From the human T2T-CHM13v2.0 reference genome, Homo sapiens, in NCBI RefSeq assembly GCF_009914755.1, contig NC_060938.1: a DNA stretch of 64,000 bases; one strand, written 5' to 3'. Of the stretch, positions 54,136 through 64,000 are shown in pieces. Each line of letters begins with the position of its first letter. Position 1 is the stretch's first letter. The notes beneath the pieces were generated by a model. It saw nothing but the letters and a program-made list of their open reading frames with translations, was not told the origin of the DNA and ran no database searches. The translations under genes were made by a program, and so were the position numbers.

Positions 54136-55075
54136 GTGCCCAGCTCCCTCCTCAAGTGGAAGGACAAGGATGCACAAACTAGTATATGAAAAGCCCAGTT
54201 CCTAGGCTGGTTAGAGCACTAGGATGGGAATGTGGAGACCTGGGCTCTTTTTATGGCATTGCCATAAACTCCCTGCATGTCCCCAGGTAGGTATGTTCCA
54301 TCTCTCAGCTCATTTTTGTCATCCCTACATCAGCAACCTTGTGCCTGTGGGAGGTCTGTGGCTGGGGAAAAAAATGGGTGCTGGAGCTTCTAGGTTATTG
54401 GCTCTAATTTCGTCCTTGGAGGGAGTGTGGCATTGAGGCCCAAGAGCCATCTTTTGGACCAGCATCACAGGTGACCCTAGGGTAGTTACTCTAAGTCAGA
54501 CTTGCAGATTCCCAAGTTGCCCCTCCCAGTTTCAAAATTCTGTGATTTCACCTTCTGCTAAGTGTAAAAGAGCATTTTCTTGAGGAGTCCACGTAGATGA
54601 GAAGGCAGCCCTGGCAGTGGGCTTAATGTGCATACAGACAGATCCCTGGAGAACAGCTGCCTGTCTGGAGGCAATGATAGCAGAGACATAATGACCTTAG
54701 CCTCCGAAAGGCAGCTGCAGAATCCTATCCTTTGCAGGGCTAATCACTTTTGGGACTTATACTTCCTGGATTGCAGTGGGCAGTGGCCCAGGATGCAGGT
54801 CAGATAGCTGAGAACTATGTGGCAGGTTCATTAGCTGGAAAACCTCCCCACCCCAACTAATCAATTGTGCAAGGCCTGAAACCTGGGAATGAGGGAAGCC
54901 AGCCACCTGCAGCACACCACAACCCCTTTCCTGGGTAGGTAATAGCTGGTTCATGCAGAAATGAGTTGTATTAGCACAAAGAGTGGATCCCAAGAAGAAA
55001 CCAGGAGTTTGATGGAAAAAACTAACTCTATTCCTGTTCACTGTTCATATATACATATATATATACACATATATA

Positions 55076-55384
55076 TTTGTTTTGTTTTGTTTTGTTCTGT
55101 TTGAGATGCAGTCTCTCACTGTCGCCCTGGCTGGAGTGCAATGGCGTGACCTTGGCTTACTGCAACCACCGCCTCCCAAGTTCATGCATTTCTCCTGCCT
55201 CAGCCTCCCGAATAGCTGGGATTACAGGTGCACACCACCACACTCGGCTAATTTGTCATATTTTTAGTAGAGACGGGGTTTTCACTATGTTGGCCAGACT
55301 AGTCTCGAACTCCTGACCTCATGATCTGCCCACCTCAGCCTCCCAAAGTGCTGGGATTACAGGCGTCAGCCACCGCGCCTGGCC
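55076..55384 (-). mobile_element. AluS
   Basis: Full antisense dimer with (TTTTG)n and TA-rich tail. Confidence 0.96.
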
Positions 55385-55943
55385 ATTCACTTAAATATTT
55401 ACGGTTGCACAAACAATCTTAGTGCTGCCCTAATCATCCAGTCTCCTAGGGGTACATGGAGGCTTTAAAAAACTACATTTTGAAATATGGCATTGTTGAG
55501 AAAACTATTTCAAGTCCCACACCGAAGAGTTAAATGAAGCTCGGTTTTGAGATGGGAGCAGCCTGTCCAGCAGGAGGGCCATAGGTGACAGAGAAAAAGG
55601 CTTGTGGCCCAGTTTGGGGAGAATTTGTTTCTGCTGGGCTTTGACATGGAATTTGACTCAAGAAGAAGGGAGTTGGAGTCTTTCCAAACATAAAGCACAG
55701 CCAAGGATGAGGATGAACAGAGGTAGAAGGGCTCTGGAAGGCGTCTGGTAGACCCTGAGGTTGGTAGCCCATCATTTCATCCCAGTGATGAACCTGACCA
55801 TTAGCACATGGCATTCCCCTGGTGACGATGATCTGTTAAGGGGTGCACACGTCCCCTAAATTGGCCCAGTCAGATTCAAGAAAAACTTGACAAGACTTAG
55901 AAAAGAGGTTTCTCCATCTTCTCCTTGTGGGTGTGGATAAGGC

Positions 55944-56120
55944 CTTTGGGAGGCCAAGGCGGGCGGATCACTTGAGGCCTGGAGTTCAAGACCAGCCTGA
56001 CCAACATGGCCAAACCCTGTCTCTACTAAAAATACAAAATTAGTCGGGTATGGTGGCACAAGACTGTAAACCCAACTACTCGGGAGGCTGAGGTGAGAGG
56101 ATCGCCTGAACCTGGGAGGT
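55944..56120 (+). mobile_element. Internal Alu fragment with no head and no tail
   Basis: Starts 'ctttgggaggcc' and ends 'cctgggaggt'; flanked by gtggataagg/gtgaataagg. Confidence 0.9.
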
Positions 56121-56282
56121 GAATAAGGAAGCATATTGACCTTGTGGTCACTGGCTGCCACCCCACAACCACGAGATGGACCAGCCTCAGGGTGACGTCA
56201 GTGCTGAGAATGGAAGAGCAAGAGACTGGAAAGGACGTGTTCCCTGATGCCAGCATCAAACCACAGGGTGTCCTGTACCTGA

Positions 56283-56628
<346 letters not shown>

Positions 56629-57014
56629 TGTTTAGCCCCTTTTTAATCAGATGTCTTTTCTTTGCTGCAAAAGCCTCTCGGCTGGTACAACATCCTGCAG
56701 AAGAAGTTGCACATGGAAATGTGGACAGGAGCCTCACAGAGAATCCTAATGAGTAAGGCAGGCTAGTGTGTAGGAACCTATCACGTTTGTTTCAAACATT
56801 TACAAAATGTCAGTTTTGATGGTGTTTTTTCTGCAAAGACACACTTGATTTGCATATTAAGTATTAGGAATATGCTTCCATTCCACCAAGAAAAATGTTC
56901 TCACCCATGTTTTATAAAACCTAAAGCTCTCTCAGTGTTCATTTTCTATTTTTGAAAAAAAGTATAGGTAGGAGAAATATCTCACGTTTGTCTTTAAGGA
57001 AAAAAAATTCAGCG

Positions 57015-57345
57015 TAGGTGCAACGGCAAATTGTTAGAGCCACGTGGCCTCCATGTGAAGGAGACAATAGAGAGTGGTGGGGACTGGGGCAAAACGGAGA
57101 GCTCATGGCCCATCTAAAGGGCTTCAGCAGCTGGCGACATGTAGGACTGTGGGCCTAGGGTCACCTGTGTCTACTAAAAATACAAAAATTAGCCGGGCAT
57201 GGTGGCATAGGCCTGTAAACCCGACTGCTCGGGATTCTTCAACAGAAGCTATAACATCAAATTTGTATGTGAATTCTCCAGACTTTCCCATTTTAAAAAG
57301 AGTAAATCAACACTGTGTGAGCCAAACATCATAAATCTGAAGTTG
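57015..57345 (+). mobile_element. MER102-like hAT element carrying an Alu fragment
   Basis: 'gagtggtggggactggggcaaaacggagagc...ttcaacagaagc...tttgtatgtgaattctcc...acactgtgtgagccaaaca'. Confidence 0.6.
57164..57234 (+). mobile_element. 71-bp internal Alu fragment (linker region)
   Basis: 'tctactaaaaatacaaaaattagccgggcatggtggcataggcctgtaaacccgactgctcggga'. Confidence 0.88.
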
Positions 57346-58719
57346 TTTATGCTTGACTGAGGCTCGGCATAGCAGCTCTCATGCTGCACGGAACAGGCCC
57401 AGCATCTCCAAATATATGGCCAACTAGGTACAACGTGTGTCGTCCCACTGTTATTTATAACACTGGCAATGTGGAAACAACCTTAATTTCTGTAACAGAG
57501 ATCAAGTAAATTATGGCAAATCCACTTAGTGGAAGATTATGTAACTGTTTAAAGAAGATATTTACAAAGAGTAACTTGAGAGAAGTGCATATGATACAAT
57601 GTCAACTGGGGAGAAAGAGTCTGAAGATCTGTCTACCAACTTGATTACAACTCTGACAAAGAATACAGAACAGAGCAATGCCTTAAAAATTAACTCTGAA
57701 AGTAAACAAACCAGATAGTAACAGGAACTGTCTCTAGGTGGAGAGAATGTTGCTCAATCTTCATTTCCTTATACTTTTCTGAACTTTGCAAATTGTCTAT
57801 AATTTTATAATCATGAAAGAATAAACTTGGTTTTCAGCTTTCTAAAGCGCTAGGGTGATGACTTCCCTGAGCCCTGTCTTCATCCACATCACCCCCAGCA
57901 GGCCAAGTTCAGTTGGGTTCAGGTCTGCAAACTTTTCCAAGCCAGCGATTTTGTGCCATACTCTGGTCCAGGCATGGAGAGTGGAGCCGAGTTAGAGCCA
58001 GTCTCTGTCCTGGAAGAGCCCACGGAACAGTTGCACAAACCAGATAACTTTAAAACCAGGTAGTGAGAAGACAGACAGCTCAGAATACCACCTGGAGCCC
58101 AGAGATTGAATGGCCTGATCTTTAGTTGAGAGATGAGGAGACAACATCCAGGCTGAGTTGGGAGGGCTTCTAAGAGCCCTCTAGCTGAATAAAGGTGGCA
58201 ATGGGGTCCTAGGAGAAGATCCTCATGGTGCAAAGGAGCAGAGGCAGGAACCAACCTGGCCCACGCAGGGGACCAACTTACCTGGGGAATAATGAAGGCC
58301 AGGCCTCATGTGTGGGCCTCAAATTCCTCAGATCATCTGTCTCGACCACTGTTGGGGGCGAGTCAGGTTGTATGAGTCTCTCACTAGGGAGTGGGTCAGT
58401 TGTCCACTTGAGGCTTGAGTCACCTTTGGGTCACCCAGGTTCAAGGACAGAGGCTCTGCCATTGGTCAGTTCAACTGCATCCTTGCATCTAAGGGGTGGG
58501 GTGGCCTAAGCGCAAAGCAAGGTGCCTGTCCTCCCAACACACCTGGATATCCACTGAGATGGGTTACACGGCACTGTTTTGGGGGTGTCTGATTCTGGGG
58601 AGACTCTGAGACCATCAGTGTAGTTGCCTCAACCATTGTCCAAGATGGGAAGGAGAGAAGGAAGGAAATAAACATTCTGAGCGCCTGCCAAAATGTAGGA
58701 AAGAGAGGAACCAGACTTT

Positions 58720-58935
58720 CTGGCACTTTGCTAATTGCTTTTATACATACTACCTCGCTTAATCCTAGCCCAGTGCGGTAGGTATAATTGTCTTTGCTTC
58801 AAAGCTGGAAAAGCATGCCTCAGAGAGGGCAGGTAGCTTGCCTGAAGCCACACAACTAGTCAGTGGTGGAGCCAGGACTAGAACCAGGCGTCCTGCCTTC
58901 CAGGTGTGGGCTCTTCTCACCAGTCCACATTACCT
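58720..58935 (-). mobile_element. MIR SINE
   Basis: 'cctcagagagggcaggtagcttgcctgaagccacacaactagtcagtggtggagccaggactagaacc'. Confidence 0.75.
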
Positions 58936-59609
58936 CAATGACAGGGACTGGGTTTATAGACTTATTGAGCTTTCTTCACTCCATAAGTGAGTGCACATCT
59001 GGACTCCTTTGCCAAGCATTTTAGTACCAGAGCTGCAATGAACACCGTCTATCTAAGCAACCTGGACTTTTGAGCCATTTCCACTCTTAATTGCTCCTCC
59101 ACAGAGCACATGTCTTCTGGGGAGGGAAAGAGTGTATCAACACAACTGGAGAATGTCACAGCAGAGCTGATGCCAGGCTCATGATTCCTGGGATGCTGTC
59201 TCTCAGGCATGGCATAAAGATTCCAGAACTCTCCTTCTCTACTTTCCTATGGGTTAGAGGTAAGCTTCTGATTTGTTAGCAAGGCAACATTTAACCCTTC
59301 TAAGAAAAGGCAAATGATGTGGCAGTGAGATGGGGAACAGCCACCCAGGGGAGGCAGCTAGGTATGGCAGGCAAGCCATCCATGGATCACAGAGGGCGGC
59401 ATTTAAATGATGCTGGACAAATCATGGTCCTCTCTGTGCCTTAAGGACTAGGGCTGAATTGGAGCCAAGGCTTTCAGACTTGGGGAGGGAGGAAGAAGTC
59501 ATCTGTGGCACTTGTTACAAACTTGCAGCCCCTCGCTCTCTCTAGATTGTCCATTTTAAACACTCTGCCCAGCTGAGTCTCAGAAAAGATGATTCATAAC
59601 AAATCTTAG

Positions 59610-60075
59610 TCTGTGGTCTGAGCTCCTCTCAGGCTCCTGACCTGCGCACAAGTCAGTCTGCTTGACTCCTTTGCTCTTATTTTCCTTAGGTGTCTCCAAC
59701 TAGAAGTGTTCTAATCAGAACCTCCAAGTCTTCCAGGCCACCCTCTACCCGCATCCAGCCTCACCTCCCACAGGCTTCCCCAAGTCTGCCTTGGTTCCTC
59801 TCTTTCCTGCATACTCCACATCCAATTCATCAGCAAACCGCACCCTCTTCCTACGCAGTGTATCTGCAGTCTACCACTTCCCTCACCTCCCCGGCTACCC
59901 ACTCTGGTGAAGGTGACCAAGACTACAGCCATAACCACATACTTGGTCTCTCAGGTTCTACTCTTGCCCCCTAAAATCCATCCTTTGCACAGCAGACACA
60001 GTGATCCTTTTAGAGGACCTAGCAGATCGTCACACCACTGCTTACATCGCCCCTGCCCCCAGTGATTTCCCAGTG
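59610..60075 (+). mobile_element. L2 body fragment
   Basis: 'catccaattcatcagcaa...ccatcctttgcacagcagacacagtgatcctttt...gatcgtcacac'. Confidence 0.6.
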
Positions 60076-60499
60076 ATGCTGGTACAGGTCCAGGCCCTGG
60101 GTGATGTCAGGGTCTGCATTTCTATGAAATTCTTGGCCTTTTCCTCATGGTCACAAGAAGGCGGCCTCATCCAGGCAGGAAATGGTTGAGATCTGTGGCT
60201 TTCCAGTTTCCAGTGATCTCATGCCTTGAACCATGCCCAAGGGCACTTTCATGACTTGCATGGGCCCAGTGAGTACCAAGAGAACTCCGCTGGCCTCCTG
60301 GAGCTGAGCCCCTTCTATGTGTCAGTGGCTCTACCACACACTTGACCTCAGCTCATTGTGGTGGGAAGAATCCTAAAGATGCCCTCAATTCCCATCCGCT
60401 AGTTCTTCAAGCAAACACTAACCTAGGTACTGCTGTGAAGGGACCTTGTCAAGTGGGCCTGATGTGATCAGGTGAGCTCTTTAAAAACAGCACATTTTT

Positions 60500-61613
60500 A
60501 GCTTCTTCACCCCCTAAAGAAACAACCAGCAGAGTGAAGAGACCCCCTACAGAATGGGAGAAAATATTTACAAACTATTTATGCAACAAGGGACTGACAT
60601 CCAGAATATAAAGGGAACTCAAATAACTCAAAGCCAAAAAAGAAATAATATCATTAAAAAGTGAGCAAAAGATCTGAATAGACATTTCCCAAAAGAAGAC
60701 AGACAAATGGCCCACAGGTATGTGAAAAAAATGCTCAACATCAGGGAAATGCGAATCAAAACCCCAATGAGATATCATCTCACCCCAGTTAGAATGGCCA
60801 TTAGCAAAAAGACAAAAAATAGCAAATGCTGGTGAGGACACAGAGAGAAGAAAACCTCTATACACTGTTGGTCGGGACGTACATTGGTACAGTCATTATG
60901 GAAGACAGTGTGGATGTTTCTCAAAAATCTAAACACAGAACTATCATATGACCCAGCAATCCCACTACGAGGTATTTAAACAAACGAAAGGAAATCAGTA
61001 TATGAAAAGGATACCTGCACTCACATGCTCATTGCAGCACCATTTGTATCAGCAAAGATATGAGAACAACCTAAGTATCCACCAATGGATGAATGGATCA
61101 AGAAAATGTTGTATATATACACAGTGGAATACACAGCCATAAAACAATGAAATCTTGTCATTTGCAGCAACATGGATGGAACTGGAGGTCATTATGTTCA
61201 GTAAAATAAGCCAGGCACAGAAAGACAAATATTGCATGTTCTCACTCATGTGTAGAAGCTAAAATGTGGATCTCATGGAGGTGGAGAGTAGACTGACAGT
61301 TGCCAGAGGCTGGGAAGGATATTGCAGGGCCGAGGGAGATGGAGAGAGGTTGGTTTAGGGGTGCAAAATACAGTTCAATAGAAGGAACACATTCCAGTGT
61401 TCAATAGCACAGTAGAGTCACTTCAGTTAACAACATAGTGTGTATTTCAAAATAACTAGAAGATTTGAAATATTACCCACACAAAGAAATGCTAAAGGCT
61501 CAAGGTGACGCATATTCTCAATACACTATTTGATCATCACACATTGTATTCATGCATCCAAATACCATGTGTATCCCATAACTATGTACAAATATTATAC
61601 GTCAGTTTAAAAA
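60500..61613 (+). mobile_element. 5'-truncated L1MA-type element
   Basis: ORF2 end and L1MA 3' UTR; TSD-like aaaaacagcaca/aaaaacagaaca. Confidence 0.9.
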
Positions 61614-61929
61614 ACAGAACAGTTTCTCCAGTTGGAGGCAGAAGTCAGAGTTATCAGAAGCACAGAACGAGGTCTATACATCATTGTTGTCTTTGAGGAT
61701 GGAGGAGGGAGGGGAACATGCCAAGAAATGCAGTGGCCTCTAAAGGTTGAGAGTGGTCCCCGGCTCACAGCAAGCAAGAAAATGCAGGCCTTGGTCCTAC
61801 AACTGCAAGGAACTGAGTTCAGCCTACAGCGTGAGTGAGTTTGGAAGCAGATTCTTCTTCCAGAGTCTCCAGATAAGAGCCCAGCCTGGCCAACACCTTG
61901 ATTTTGGCCTTATTAAAACCTAAGCCAAA

Positions 61930-62308
<379 letters not shown>

Positions 62309-62369
62309 CTAAATGTGGGGTAATTTCTTATGCAGCAATAATAAACAAATGCACTCCTATAATCTTCCA

Positions 62370-62495
62370 TCCTTAATCCACTAATCCTGCTGGGTAGATA
62401 TTTTCATCCCCCATCTTAAGGGTGAGACTCAGAGAGGTCTAGTCCACCAGGGTTCCCCAGGGGACCCCAGCCTGGAGCCTGACCTCTCTGACTCC
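62370..62495 (-). mobile_element. MIR fragment
   Basis: 'atccccatcttaagggtgagactcagagagg'. Confidence 0.5.
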
Positions 62496-64000
62496 CTGCC
62501 TCACCTCCCCTGTCTTCGGAGCACTCATGGTGTGCAGGCCCAGGGCTGGGCGCTACAGACTCAGAGATGAACCTGACAAAGTCTTTGTGGCTGAGGAGTT
62601 CACGGTTTGGTGGTGGAGAGTTACCAATGAGATGGGAAGAAGACAGGAAGAAATTAACCAGAGAGAATCACAGAACAGAACTCAATCACAGCTTTCACAG
62701 TTAGTTAGAAACTTAGAGACCAAAGCCTGCTCTCTAATCCAACATCATTTTCGGACTAGAAAGGGGAGTTGGAAAAAATGTCCAAGCCTAGAACCCACTT
62801 CTGACCCCTGTGTGTGCTCTCTCTGTTAAGGGGCAATGGTGGGCTCTTTCATCCCTTGAAAAACAAGGAACCAGTGAGGACCAGCTGCCACGCTGCTGCC
62901 TCCAGGGCAGCAGAACCCGTCCTCTGGAAAAGCAGAAAACACTGACATGCATGCCAAGGCTGGGAGGGAAAGAGGAGGTGGGGACGGAAGTGCCACCCAT
63001 CTTCTTCCTCCCCTCTCCCTCCCTACCTTCTCCCCCATCCCCAGAGGCCAGGACAATGGGGGATGAGTGGGGGTGGGGGAGGGGGAGAGGCAATGACAAG
63101 AATAAAAGAGTCAGGGGACGGATTGATTGATTGATTTGCCTTCAAGAGCCCAAGGGTAAAATTCCAGTGTGGCAGGAGCCTCATCTCAGGTGTCCCCAAG
63201 CTCCCTCCCCAGCTGTAAGCGACTGCCTGTCATAAAGAAGCCAGGGAAGATGAAGCCCAAACCACGGGACTTCGCAAGCACTGCTCTCTGGCCACACGCA
63301 CTGTTCCTGTAACACCACATCAAGACACAGGGGAGCTTAAAACCCTGACCAGAGGGGTGGCATGGCCAAATACCTTTGCAGCCTGGATCGCCTGCCTGGG
63401 GCAGAGGAATCCTTAAGCATGAATATGGAACAAATGTTCTTATGGCCAAGGATGGAATGTGACAGCACAAAGAAACACTGGGCTGTCACTTCCCTTCCAG
63501 GCTGGCACACCTCTCTGTCCAGGAAGCCAGGGAACACGTGGTTCTATGCAACCCAACAGGAGACTGATGTGGGCTCTGTATAGGAATATAGGAACCCCAG
63601 AGAGGTGGAGCTGCCACTTGCAAACATGTCTCTCTACCAAAGGGGAAAGATCGTGTTCTATGAGAGGCCCTTCTGTCCTGCAGAGTACGGGGTGGGTTTG
63701 GACAGGTAAATATGGGCTGGGGAAGGGTAGATTGCCCTGAGGACCTGCAGGGAGGGTGGGGAAGGAGGAAGAGAAGGGGAAAGACAGAGTCATGAATTTG
63801 TAGAATGGCAGGAAGCCAGGACTCTAGGCTGGCAGGGAGAGACCCAGTGGAAAGTGGCCAGAGGGTTTTATAGGCGGGCACGGCTGGTGGCATTGCTGTA
63901 ATGCACACCTCCACCACCTTCTCCCCAGACCTTCAAGAGAGTGGGCTACACACTCTCAATGTGCAGGGTTGTCCTATTTCTTTTGTTTGTGGAAATGGGA

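Overview
Primate (human-like) non-coding genomic DNA, intergenic or deep-intronic, dominated by interspersed repeats: Alu, L1, L2, MIR, MaLR/ERVL solo LTRs, and hAT, Tigger, mariner and piggyBac MITEs. I find no intact host protein-coding gene, RNA gene or prokaryotic system, and the ORF track is essentially chance ORFs, Alu/L1-derived ORFs or microsatellite ORFs. The main element is a two-LTR ERV1 provirus on the minus strand (8937-15687). It has a 4-bp AGAA target-site duplication (TSD), MER50-type LTRs, a tRNA-His primer-binding site (PBS), gag/pro remnants and an env remnant closely resembling syncytin-2 (HERV-FRD family), which appears to keep a cytoplasmic tail that syncytin-2 lacks. Other oddities are a piggyBac MER85 missing its internal palindrome, a 3'-truncated but 5'-intact L1, a tailless Alu with a clean TSD, and three nearby Alu pieces sharing rare variants. 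Repeat family names and protein comparisons come from recalled consensus sequences, not from a database search, and boundaries of old repeats are approximate.
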